NCBI GenBank assembly: GCA_965285935.1
Contig: OZ260663.1
Location: 93,062,001-93,126,000 of the forward strand
Source: Ophelia neglecta
Lineage: Eukaryota
Reading direction: 5' to 3'
Length of the DNA: 64,000 bases
Below are positions 9,960 through 23,594 of this stretch, piece by piece. A program made the position numbers and the translations under genes. The notes under the pieces were generated by a model, which saw only the letters and a list, made by a program, of their open reading frames with translations, was not told where the DNA came from and searched no databases. Every line of letters begins with the position of its first letter. Within the stretch, counting starts at the first letter, position 1.

Positions 9960-12900
9960 ATGGATACCTTGATAAAACACTTGATTTCAAGCTTAATTAT
10001 CATGACACTGTGGATTAGAACGGGAAGCTCCAGTAAGTACTGAATATTTATCATCATTATAACAAATACCGACCACATTGCCTAATGAACGAGGAAAACA
10101 GGCAACGCGATGTCCTACTTAAATACAGCCTGGGTTTCCATTAGGCCTTGCTCATAGTACGCCGCTATGGCACCGGTCTTCGTATGCTAAGGATAAAATC
10201 CGTTGAGGTCACATTGATAATTTGTTTGGAGGGTTACAATGCCCAATCCCGGTCCTCCCAAAGCTGTTCTCTTCATTAGTATGTTGCCTTTTTTCAAATA
10301 TCATGGGTCTAATTAAATTTTTGTGAACCAGCCATAGCAAAGCGTGTAATAATGAGTCTTCAACCCTTTATGTACCACCAGGAAAGTTACTCTTCCATAA
10401 GTTAAACCTAAGTCCCCCCCCCACACCCTTTCTTCGCTAAATCGCACATTTATTCGCTTGATATTGGTTTAAACGTTTTAATATTCGCTTGATACTAAAC
10501 ATAATCTATCAATAAAAATCGTCTGACATTTTAACAATAATGACCATTCATTCCTTATGATTAGTTTATTTATGCATTTCGAAATTTTGGTGTAGCACTT
10601 CTTCATTAAACTGCAATTTTCGTTTAAACAGATCTTTGTTTCTTACGAGTTGAATGCAATGAAATACTACCGATCATGTGAATATTCATAGGGAACGCAC
10701 GTTTAAGAATGTTTAACCAAATGTGTCATATGATGGCAATTTATTATAAATGTTTAGCTATGTATTTCATTTCAAGATTATGCATTAAATTGCTGCGGTA
10801 TGATTGCGTAAGTCACAGACAATGTTTGACATTGTAAACATACTGGGAGGACCCCCTGCTGGAATATCCCCCAGGTCTCCTGCCACTCCAAGTTGCCGCA
10901 ATATCAAGCCTGCAATCTCCGAATTGCAATATGTTAAGTCCATAGAAAATATACATTATGATGAATACAAATGTTTGTATTTTAAGGGGGTCCACTGTCA
11001 TTGATTACATGTGCATTATACTGAGTGTAACCGTTATATTTTATTAGGACAAAAATGTTAAAAAAGAAGTGTTACCTTGCTAAATTATTTAACATTTCCT
11101 TTGCACAAAAAATATTTGGGTATCTCGGTAGTTATATCTACTAGAAGAGACAGTCATGTACTACACCTCCGTATAAAGGGTTTTCCAACCTCAATCATTT
11201 ATTTCATAGGGCAAATAATGACCATCGAGTATCTTTGTGTGTGTATAATTCATAGTACTTTTCCTCTATTAACCATTTGCGCATATTTGTATTTGTTGCG
11301 GTTATGGTGGTATGAATCAGTACCGTCCATTTCCGATATAAACTTAACAAGGATATGTATACTATACATCACTTAAAGCTATCATGCCGTAGATTAATCT
11401 CAATAGAAATCATTTAATACACGGGTGGTCACGGTCTAGCATGCACTCAGGATAACCGGGACTACTTTTAGGTTTTTAACCAAGCCCCAAAAGGTACATA
11501 ACAGAGCAATGCAATTACCAATAAAGCAACATATCCTCCCTCCCTCCCCCGTGCGGATGGGGGGGGGGATGGGCGGGCACGTTTACAAAGCTGGTCGTAC
11601 TGAGGGAAGGCCAAGTTTGGATATTCGCTAAATTTCGCAATACGTGGGAAATGGCTTGGTCGATGAATGCATTGGAATTGTTTTCTAGAATTAGGCCACT
11701 CAAGCCGGCTGCTTCTGCAAACAGGAAGATTGTAGACCAAAACAAACCTGCATTACTAATCATGGCCGCTTGCCCTATTACATCTGACTGCACCATTCGC
11801 CTATGAGCTGGAACTATTTCTATGCTAAACAAATAAATGCACATTTCTATTGTCTTTAATTTTTCGTATTCTGACACCAGAATTTGCTTTTGTATAAAGA
11901 GCCACAAAGAGCCGAAGCATTTCTTCTATCCAACGCATGGGAGTGCAGAGCGGCGCGGCCTTGTGCGGCGTGGTGCATCGTCGCGGTTTGGCGTAATATC
12001 TTGTTCGGCGCTTTCATACAAACTAAGGTAGCTCCTATGCATTTATGCTATCAACCTTTAACTCATAAAACACCTGATACAAATAAAATGACGGTAGCGC
12101 CTTGGAGAACATAACCTCACAACTAATGAGTTGTAATTGGTGACAACAACCTATTGCCAAATGATGAAAATGTCGATTTACTGAGAAATGATGTCAGATT
12201 ACTCTGTTTTGCCATAGTGTGCCTCTTTTTTCAACTAAGTTATATAATTAGGCGTTCAGTTTGGCAATTTCCTTCCGTACATTGAGCTCATAATGGTTGC
12301 TTACTACTGCACAACAATTGTATTATATCATTAGAATTACAAAAGACTAGTAAACACATATTTCTTCGCTGCTTTTTCAGAAGAACAGGACGTTTGTTTT
12401 TGGAGTACTTACAACGCTATATGTGAAGAGAACGAGGTTATACAAATGGAGCATGCGCTTTACGGACGGATGGCGGTGGGGAGCTGCATACCGGAGGACT
12501 TTGGGGTTATAATGGGTTGTCAGGTAGATGTGTTGAGTTACATGGACTCAGCTTGCTCTGGAAAACAGTCTTGTCAAATACGACTGCCGGACGATGACCT
12601 AGCGGAAGCACATCAACCTTGTCCACGAGGGTTGGAGTCCTATCTTCAGTTACAATACAACTGCATGGCTGGTAAGTATATTACGGTTTCTGAAATCAAT
12701 GTATATGTAAAGCTAGATCTTAATACATATTACCCCTAATACGAAAATGGTTTCTATTCGTTTTATATATAACTCAAGACCCCCATGATCGACGGACAAA
12801 TTTGGTAATTTCCTGCCAACTTGTAGTTGTTTGCTTTCTTTTTAACAACATAATCGCTGAAGCCGTCAAGAGAACAGGTAATGTCAATGAGCATTGAATT

Positions 12901-15731
12901 GGAAAGTAAAACGGTAGTAGAAGATCGTATCATTCTGAATTTCGATGCAGCCCTATACTTAAGTAATCGCAGTTTCTTGTCTTCTTGCATACTTACGAAA
13001 CCAAAACACTAATAACCACTTTCTAAAAGGACAGCACATGCGAACAACCAGATATTTAAAATATATCAAATTTACGCCAGTTGCATATTTCAAATGGGAT
13101 AAACTACAAAGAAAGAGTATGTCCGCCTTAACGCCAATGCCAATTTTCTCATCGGATCTCTGTTCGATTATGTTTTCCTCGGTCATTCAAGGCATAAAAG
13201 GTGTTTCTCTCTGAAAGGGATTTTAGAATATATGTTTATGTTTTTGAACTTTTGCAGGGAAAGTGGCATTTTTAACAATTTCAACGCCGCAAAATCACTG
13301 CATGGACTTACAGTTACGACTTTAAGGAGGGATGCTATGGTGATATTTGCAATAGTTCAGCTAGCCTAGCGCTATGTGAATGGCAGGGTTATGGCTTTAA
13401 TCCTTTCGTTGAAGATTTGGATTTGGATTTATGGGGCTAAACGACCCAAGACCCAAAATTCCAAATTAGCGTTGAAGAAAACTTTATTCTTAATTGTGCT
13501 TATTAATATTTTCAGTGCACAGCTCGACGATACCTTGTGCCGACAGTTCCATAGCTGTCACTGGACAATCGGGGCTGCTGGCCAATTTTATAACGGAACG
13601 GACTGGTCAAGGATCTCAGCAATGCCCATGGATGATTCGTGGGTCTCCTGGACAGAAAATACGTCTCACATTATATGATTATGGGGTGTTGAATCCACCC
13701 AGGTCTGAGGGAGGCGATTCTGGAGTCTTAGAACCTGGAATCCGGCAACCAGAGAGGACAGACATATGTCACATATACGCAAGGGTTACTGAAGGTAACT
13801 TTAGATAGAAGGAATTAAAATTGTATTACCTGTTTTTACGTCATATTTCTAATGACTTACATGTTTTGTTCCATCAAAAGACCCCGCCGAAGGTTCCATC
13901 ACAATTTGTGGGGGCGAAGCAAGAGAGAAAATGGCATACCTTTCAGAGACAAATGAAGTGCACGTCACCTTAACCGACCCAAAACACAGTCAACGCGCGG
14001 CGTATTTTCTGCTTCTTTACGAAAGTGGGTGAAAACATTTGTATCCAAGCATGTTATTGTCATAAACGCACTTGTCATTGATTAGAAGTCCGACATGATT
14101 GTTAAACAAGTACCTCAATTCCGTTAATCTAATCATTTAACCATCCACAATTCAACGTTTGCAGCCAAATTTAACACCATTGAGTAACTCATTATTTCAG
14201 TCGTAGGGTGTCTTACGTACACACCACCAACGGGCGCTGTTTTTGTTCGTCGTGATAACGATATATCAGTTACCTGTACAGCTAGCGGAAGTGTATGGAA
14301 AATGGTGTGTGATGGGATACAGTGGCAGGCACAAGGAAACGTCACAAACTGCACTGAAATACGTAAGTACAAAAAGGGAAATCAGGAAAAAACTGTTTGA
14401 ACATTGATTACTAATTATTTATTGTTCAATAAAGCAATTGATATAAAGAATTGTATTACAGACCCTAAGTCAACAAAAATGGATAAAAGCGAGGCATCGT
14501 TGTCCACTGAAGCCCTGTTGGAAGGTGGCATTACATTATCTCAAGGTGATGAATAACAATCGAAGGTTAATTAAACTATAACGATAACGACCTTATATAA
14601 CATTCAATGTTCGTTATTATGCCACACTCATTCTTTGTGCGTAAAGGAAGGGAATAAGTTGTACCAAACAAGAAATTCGGTATGTGCATAGATGCGTTGT
14701 GTGTAAAAAATTCTAAAATATTTATATTTTGAAAGTTTCCAAAGAACTTTTGATTTGATATTTGAATTAAAACGCTCTTTTATTTTCAGGACTCGTGATT
14801 GCATTCTTTTTGTCAATTGCTGTACTCATAGCTGTCATTATTATGGTCGTCGGCATAGTTGTTCTTCGAAGGTAAGTGGCGCGTTTCTTATGGGACGATT
14901 TGATCTGAGTTCATAGTATTTAGCTAGTTGCTACATAGAGAATCACTTGATGCCTAATTTTCAAGGTGCCTATATTATGAATTCAAATTGAACAATATAT
15001 CTTAGTCTGAAATATGAATAATATGGGAATGACACTCGGGATCGACGTAAGTCGGCTTGTGGCAGTTGGTTTCTACTGATTTCAGACCGATTAACTAAAT
15101 CATTTATGATAAATGATATAGCTTTGTCTGCTGGGTATCCGGTTTTTACTGAACAAAAGTAAATGCGCCCGGGACTTTGTAATAAAAAGCCTATATAACG
15201 CCCTTTTTTATATAAACATAGCCTCTTTTCAGAAGACGAGACACCGTGCTAGAATCAACCCCGGGGTATAATAGCAAAGAACATTTCCCCATGCTGTCAA
15301 GTGACCAGAGAGCACAGCATATCCGGAATAAAGCTTATACTACTACCTCACACATGCACTCTGCTGGAGCACAGGGCTCTGTGACTCATCGGGAGACATT
15401 TCCGCCACTACCACTACCACCGACGACAACATCCCCAGACACCGGGAACTGTACTATCCACGGGACATTAGGCCGTGACCGCTATCCACGTAATAGTGAC
15501 CAGATTGCACAGCCTTTCATAGACGAGAGTTCATCGAATAATTGGCCAAATTCCTTACGTCGCAGTTACGGTAGAACAAAGGACCATTTCTACCACGAAT
15601 TGGACCCGGAACATACCAATGTCCTGATTGGGCAACCACTGGATAACACAGAATCCGAAATCGAGACGGCCCCACTCCCTGATGTGTTGTCAGCATCCTC
15701 TGTCGGAAACAATAAATATGGCGACATTTAG
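9960..15731 (+). CDS. Receptor copy A3, 537 aa
   Basis: Exons 9960-10032, 12381-12671, 13516-13794, 13881-14024, 14201-14362, 14462-14545, 14790-14871, 15233-15731. Total 1614 nt, in frame; ends ...NNKYGDI*. Confidence 0.88.
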
Positions 15732-16359
15732 AACCTCTTCTGGAAATATTAACACTTATGTTAATATTTTGATAGACAAATGTGTGTGATCAGTATCATA
15801 TGCAGTGTGAAAAGTGTTCTATTCCTTTCCGCAAAAGAACATCGGAATGTTTAGACAATTAAAATGTCTAAAATGTATGATACTTATAGTAGAAATGTAA
15901 TAATGGGATCATTGTGACACTTCGTCTTTATGATTGCAATGTGCTTGATGGCCGAAAGCCTTTTGACATATAACATATGGACTTATAATTCATGTAAAGT
16001 GGCTGTAGGATGCGTTTCTGCTTGTTTCTTTTAACACTTGTGATAATTAATCTTATTCAGCTGTATATGAAATTATATAAGCATGATGGAATTCTGGCTT
16101 ACCCAAATTATTATATCTCTCAGCTATTCGTGATTAATCTAAATCAACCAACTGAGCGACATACAATGGATTAAGGAGTGGATAGAAAATGTCAGTCATG
16201 CAACTTGTCTAATAATTTCCAATTCACAAACGAAAGTGAGGATATTTGTGGTTCTTTTCGCATTCTTATTTCAAGTGATTAAGGCGTCTCTCGATGTGCC
16301 TTCAAAATGTGGTATTATATAATAATAAATATATTTTATTTTAAGTATATTTGACAAAG

Positions 16360-16484
16360 GAAGCACCGAGCAGCTGAAGTGGTGCGCCAGTGGGATATAT
16401 ACACAATTACAATAACCATCCTGTTGAAATACTTCATTCTAATCTTAGTGATAATGGCGATTTGGATACAAACAGTGACATAAA
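16360..16484 (+). pseudogene. Orphan B-type first exon (B1), inactivated
   Basis: Signal-peptide-like ITILLKYFILILVIMAIWIQTVT* at 16412-16484: ATG changed to ATA, in-frame TAA before the donor, most of the upstream element deleted. Confidence 0.7.
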
Positions 16485-16852
16485 GTACGTACTGTTTCTC
16501 ATTATTACAATATAGTCGACGCAACCAAACCGCCTGGCTGTGGATTGCTCTAAAACACCCGTCCCGTTTATACATGAACACCTTCAAATTATCTGACCTT
16601 CTCGAATCTGTATAAAGTGAATGCACGCCATTCTCACACGGATTAAACTAAAGGAAAATCCTAAGAAAATGTTGAGGTCAGCACATCTCTGTCTCTTTTG
16701 CGTTATTTGTTTTATTATGATGTCGAGCTGGTTAACGCGACATTAAACAACATAATCCCAATTTTACAGGCTGTTTCGACCTATAACATTTTGCCCATTT
16801 GTCTGTTTCTTCTATATAGACGATTGTATATATATCGAGGCGTATAATAAAA

Positions 16853-16966
16853 GAGCCGCGAGTGGTGCGCATTGCGCCGACGCTTTGCTAACCACCCATT
16901 GCACTGCGCAGCGGTGATGTGAGCGCCGAGTTCTGATACTGACACTACCAGGTTGAGAAGGACTAT
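16853..16966 (+). promoter_or_regulatory. Conserved upstream element (before A4)
   Basis: Same consensus; upstream of ATG 16994. Confidence 0.7.
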
Positions 16967-16993
16967 TAGATGGAAAATACACCCAGTATTACG

Positions 16994-19900
16994 ATGGATA
17001 CCCTGATAAAATACGTAATTAAAAGCTTCATTATCACAGCTTTATGGATTAATACAGGGAGCTCTAGTAAGTACTGAATATTCTTCATCATTATAACACG
17101 TACCGATCACATTGTCCAATGAGCGAGGAAAGCAGGCACCGAGCTGTCCTACTTAGACACAGCTTGGGTTTGCCTTATATCTCTGCTTATAGTACGCCGC
17201 TATTGTACCGGCCTCCATATGCTAAGGAAAACGCATTGGGGTCACATTAATTATTTGTTGGAATGGTAATAATGCCCATTCTATAATTTTGTAAAGAAGT
17301 CAAGGTCCGTAACATGTTTGCTTTATTTTCATATCTTTGGTCTACTCATATTTATGCAAACCAGGCACATCAAAGCGTGTATATATAAGCTCAGACCTGT
17401 ATATTCCACCAAACAGGAAGCAGCTATTCTATTTAGTTCATCCACCCCCACCCACCGCCTCCCACAGCATTTTTTCAATTTTGTTCTCTATACCGTTTTT
17501 TTCCCCTTTGTAATCAAAAATACTCCATCAATATGCATTGCTGGACTTTCAAATTAATGACCCTTCACTACGTATATACTGAGATAGCCAATCTGAGAAT
17601 ATTTATGCACTGTGTAGTGCATATGTCATATGATGGCAATGTTGTATTAATTCATAGGTATGCATTTCAATTTTAGATGGTGCATTAGTGGTTTGTGGTA
17701 TTACTGCTAAAGTCAAATACAATAAATGGCGTTTGAATATAATTGAATCACCTGGTTGAAATGTCCCCAAGTCTCCTGCAACTTAAGGTTCTTTCCCAGG
17801 CCTGTAGCCTCCTATTTGCGGTTTATTAAGGCCATCGAAATATAAATTATAACAAATAGAACTGTTCGTTTATCAATTATCATTGAGTTTATGTATATGA
17901 AACTGACTGAAGCCTCTATGTTCCATAAGAATAAAAAAAATGTCGAACACGAAATTTTACCATGCTAACTTATTTAACTTTTCCTTTGTTTACAAATACT
18001 GGTGTATCGCGGTGTTCCTATCCACTTAAGGACAAATGTACACCTCGATATATGTGGTTTTCCGTCCCCGATCCTTTGATTTCATGTGGCAAATAATGGC
18101 CGTCATGTTTTGTGTACATATAAGAATAATTTTCGCGAATATTTCAAAAGTTTCAAGCAAAGGTCACATGGGATGCCCTAAAGCGCATGGGTAACCTCAA
18201 ATTGGAAAATAGTCAGTTAGTTAGTAGTCAAGTACTGGGTCAATAGTACTTGAATATTGGCCGATGACTTCATTCAACAAAACTCGTGTGTACAATCCAG
18301 CCCAGCCAAACCTTTTTTTCTATTCAACGCTTTGTTTTGCATAGCGCGGCGCTTTGCGGCGTGGTGCGTGGTGCATCGTCTTGCGGCTTGGTGAATTGTT
18401 TTGTTCGGCAGTTCGATGGCCACTAAGGTTTCTCCTGAGCATTAATAATATCTACTCACAAATGAATCGGAATCATATGTAAATGGCGGCAGAAAAGCCT
18501 TAGAACAGGGATAATGATTATGACATTTTATTGTTAGAGAATGATACATCCACCATCACTTGGTAGAAACATAGAACATATTCCATTATAGTATAACCAG
18601 TACTCTGCGTAAAAAATAGTGTCAATCTTTGGGGGGGGGGAGGGGGAGGGGGAACTGTAAATAATGAACCACAAGTGTAAATAATCCTATGTGCAATGCG
18701 CTTTCCTCCTTCCTCCCTCCCACCAAGAGGTTCTCGGCATTGTCCTCCCTTCATTTGAAGCCCGGCTTGATTTTTCTTTTCTAGCACCACTAACCCCTCT
18801 CGTATTTTCTTATCCCTTTTTCGTATATCCTTATAACACCCCCATCCCCCTTGCCTAGCACTCCACCCCGTATTCTTTACTTCAGTCCAATTTTCAGATC
18901 TGCATGCGCGAATGCCATGTGTGCGAAAGCTGCACCTTGCCAGCGAAACAGCTGTAAATAAATTTCCGCAGATAACGTACTCTCACCACCACTCAGGAAA
19001 ATTAATTGGTGACAGAATCCACATTTTGTCCGGTCATAATTCATAATGAGAAATGTTAACTTTGTTTTGATTTGGCAAATTATCTCGCAAAGCCTATGTA
19101 TAGGATACGCATGTATCTTCGTAACTCTTTCAGAACAGCACGACGTTTGTTTCTGGAGTACCTACAATGCTATATGTGAACAAAATGAGGTCATACAAAT
19201 GAATCATGCGCTTTACGGACGGATGTCGGTTGGAAGCTGCATACCAGAGGCCATAAGGATGGGTTGTCAGGCAGACGTGTTGAGTTACATGGACTCCGCT
19301 TGCTCTGGAAAACAGTCGTGTCAGATAATGCTGCCGGACAATGACCTAGCGGCAGCACATCAACCATGTCCACGAGGGTTGGAATCTTACCTGCAGTTAA
19401 AATACAGCTGCATAGCTGGTAGGTAAATTTCTTAATGTTTCAGATATCAATTTACAACGTATATGATAAGCTATAACTTAATAAATATTACCCCTAACAG
19501 TAACATGGTTTCTATTTGTTTAGATTCTATGCTCCATGGAGAAGTTTGGCAGTTTTGGGAAAACATGTACTTGCTTGCATTCTCTTCCAATTTATATAAT
19601 CAGCTAATAAGTAATATAAGGGGTCACAACAGCAATTAATCACACAGTACATTGATTTGGACGGTAAAGCGGTATTTAATATAGGAATACATTATAATAC
19701 TGAAGTTCCCTAATGAAGTATTCATAGTCTTTCATGTTGCTTTGTTTAATAGAAGCACCCAATGAGTTGCATATCCAAATGAGATACTTTGCAGAATAAT
19801 GTCTGTATATTCTCCGACGCCAATTTTCTCAGCAGATCTATGTTCAATGATGTTTCTTCTCAATCCTTCCAAGGCGTAAACAATGATCAGATAATACTTC

Positions 19901-22335
19901 TATTGGATGAAGCGTTCAGAATGAATATGTTGTTTTACACTAATCATAGCATTTTCCCCAATTCCCCTTTCACCGCGGCAAAATCACAACATTGGAACCT
20001 CAATAATGACTTGATGGAGGGATGCATTGGTGACATTTGCAGATATTCAGCATATGTAACAACCTCTATTAAATGTTAAAGTCAACGTTTAAGCGTTCAC
20101 CGCTGTTGGGGTTGATAAAGAATTATTTTTCAATTGTGTTAGGTAATATTTGCAGTGCACAGCTCGACCACGCCGTGTGCCGACAGTGCCATAGCTGTTA
20201 CTGGAAAAACTGGGTTGCTGGCCAATTTTATAACGGAACGGACTGGTCAAGGATCTCAGCAATGCCCATGGGTGATTCGTGGGTCTCCTGGACAGAAAAT
20301 ACGCCTCACATTATATGATTATGGCGTCCTAAATACTCATGTCGATTCTGGAGTTAGAGAACCGGGGTTACGGCAACCAGAGAGAACAGACATATGTCAC
20401 ATATACGCAAGGGTTACAGAAGGTAATTTTTGATATAATTAATTATAAGTTTGTTATATATGGAATGTCTTTTAGTTACCTGGTACCTGTTATGCTTCGT
20501 AAGGCTTCAGATATTTCTAATACGTGTATGCCTGGTTTCATCAGCAGACCCCACCGAGGGTTCCATAACCATTTGTGGGGGCGAAGCAAGAGAGAAAATG
20601 GCATACCTTTCGGAGACAAATGTTGTGCACATCACCTTAACCGACCCAAAACACAGTCAACACCCGGCGTATTTTCTGCTTCTTTACGAAAGTGGGTGAA
20701 AACATTTGTATGCATGCATGTTATTGTCATAAACGTACTTGTCATTGATTAGAAGTCCGACATGAATGTCAAACAAGTACCTCAATTCCGTTTATCTAAT
20801 CATTTAACCATTCACAATTCAACGGTCGCTGTCAAATTTAATACCATTGAGTGTATAACTATTTCAGTCGTAGGGTGTCTGACGTACACACCACCAACGG
20901 GCGCTGTTTTAGTTCGACGTGATAACGATATATCAGTTACCTGTACAGCTAGCGGAAGTGAGTGGAAAATGGTATGTGATGGGATACAGTGGCAGGCACA
21001 AGGAAACGTCACAAACTGCACTGAAATACGTGAGTATTAAAAGTGAAACCAGGAAAAAACTGTTTAAACATTGATTACTAATTATTTATTGTTCAATAAA
21101 GCAATTGATATAAAGAATTGTATTACAGACCCTAAGTCAACAAAAATGGATAAAAGCGAGGCATCGTTGTCCACTGAAGCCCTGTTGGAAGGTGGCATTA
21201 CGTTATCTCAAGGTGATGAATAACAATCGAAGGTTAATCAAACTATAACGATAACAACCTTATATAATATTCAATGTTCGTTATTATACCGCATTCATTC
21301 TTTTTGCGTAAAGGAAGCAAATAAGTTGTACCAAACAAGAAATTCCGTATCGGCATAGATAGTTTGTGTGTAATAACTTCTAAAATATTTTGACAGTTTT
21401 GATTTGAAATTTAAAATAATACGGTCTTTTATTTTCAGGACTCGTGATTGCATTCTTTTTGTCGATTGCTGTACTCATAGCTGTCATTATTATGGTAATC
21501 GGCATTGTTGTTCTTCGAAGGTAAGTGGCCCGTTTCTTATGGGACGATTTGATCTGAGTTCAGAGTAACTGCTCAGGCTATTTTTCAGGTGCCTATATCA
21601 TGAATTCAAATTGAACATATATTCAACAATATGCCTTAGCCTCACATATGTATAATACGGGAATAACTCTTGGGATTGATGTAAGTTGGCTTGTGGCAGA
21701 TGGCTCCTGATGATTACAGACCGATTAAATGAACCGGTATCCGTTTTTTACTATATAAAACTAAATGCGTCCGGGACATAGCGAAATAAGAAACCTATAT
21801 TTTGCCCTTTATAACATAAACATATCATATTTTCAGAAGGCGTGACACCGTGCTAGAATCAACCCCGGGGTATATTAGCAAAGAACATTTCCCCATGTTG
21901 TCAAATGACCAGAGGGCACAGCATATCCGGAATAAAGCTTATACTACTACCTCACACAGGCACTCTGCTGGAGCACAGGGCACTGTGACTCATCGGGAGA
22001 CATTTCCGCCACTACCACTACCACCGACGACAACATCCCCAGACACCGGGAACTGTACTATCCACGGGACATTAGGCCGTGGCCGTTATCCACGTAATAG
22101 TGACCAGATTACACAGCCTTTCATAGACGAGAGTTCATTGAATAATTGGCCAAATTCCTTACGTCGCAGTTACGGTAGAACAAAGGACCATTTCTACCAC
22201 GAATTGGACCCGGAACATACCAATGTCCTGATTGGGCAACCACTGGATAACACAGAATCCGAAATCGAGACGGCCCCACTCCCTGACGTGTTGTCAGCGT
22301 CCTCTTTAGGAAACAATAAATATGGCGACAATTAG
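16994..22335 (+). CDS. Receptor copy A4 (chimera of A5-like 5' half and A3-like 3' half), 531 aa
   Basis: Exons 16994-17066, 19134-19418, 20156-20422, 20548-20691, 20868-21029, 21129-21212, 21439-21520, 21837-22335. Total 1596 nt, in frame. Confidence 0.88.
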
Positions 22336-23002
22336 AACCTCTTCGGTTTGCTTTACATTGGTTATGTGAGCAATGTGCTAAATCGGTCATTTAAGACTTG
22401 GAAATATTAACACTTATGTTAATATTTTGATGGACAAATTTGTGTGTTCAGGATCATATGCAGTGTGAAAAGTGTTCTAATCCTTTCCGCAAAAGAACAT
22501 CGGAATGTCTAAAATTGTATGATACTTATAAGTAGAAATGTACTAATGGGATCATTGTGATACTTCGTCTTTACGATTGCAATGTGCTTGATGGCCGAAA
22601 GCCTTTTGACATATAACATATGGACTTATAATTCATGTATAGTGGCTGTAGGATGCGTTTCTGCTTGTTTCTTTTAACACTTGTGATAACTAATCTTATT
22701 CAGCTGTATATGAAATTATATAAGCATGATGGAATTCTGGCTTACCCAAATTATTATATCTCTCAGCTATTCGCGATTAATTTAAATCAACCAACTGAGT
22801 GACATACAATGGATTAAGGAGTGGATAGAAAATGTCAGTCATGCAACTTGTCTAATAATTTCCAATTCACAAACGTAAGTGAGGATATTTGTGGTTGATA
22901 ACACTTTCTAATTTCAAGTGATTAAAGCGTCTCTTCATGTGCCTTCAAAATGTGATATTATATATAAATAAATATACTTTATTTTAAGTATATTTGACAA
23001 AG

Positions 23003-23122
23003 GAAGCACCGAGCAGCTGAAGTGGTGCGCCAGTGGAATATATACACAATTACAATAACCATCCTGTTGAAATACTTCATTCTAATCTTAGTGATAATGG
23101 GTATTTGGATACAAACAGTGAC
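23003..23122 (+). pseudogene. Orphan B-type first exon (B2), inactivated
   Basis: Near-identical to B1; ATA in place of ATG at 23055 and the splice donor is deleted. Confidence 0.7.
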
Positions 23123-23444
23123 TGTTTCTCATTATTAAGATATAGTCGACGCAACCAAACCGCCTGGCAGTGGATTGCTCTAAAACACCCGTTCCGTTTA
23201 CACATGAACATGATCAAATTATCTGACCTTCTCGAATCGGTATAAAGTGAATGCACACCATTCTCACACGGATTGACTCTGTGTCTCTTTTGCGTTATTT
23301 GTTTTATTATGATGTCGAGCTGGTTAACGCGACATTAAACAACATAATCCCAATTTTACAGGCTGTTTCGACCTATAACATTTTGCCCATTTGTCTGTTT
23401 CTTCTATAGAGACGATTGTATATATATCGAGGCGTATAATAAAA

Positions 23445-23567
23445 GAGCCGCGAATCGAGCAAGTGGTGCGCATTGCGCCGACGCTTTTCTAACCACCCAT
23501 TGCATTGCGCCGCGGTGATATGAGCGCCGAGTTCTGATACTGACACTACCAGGTTGAGAAGGACTAT
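23445..23567 (+). promoter_or_regulatory. Conserved upstream element (before A5)
   Basis: Same consensus; upstream of ATG 23595. Confidence 0.7.
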
Positions 23568-23594
23568 TAGATGGAAAATACATGCAGTATTACG

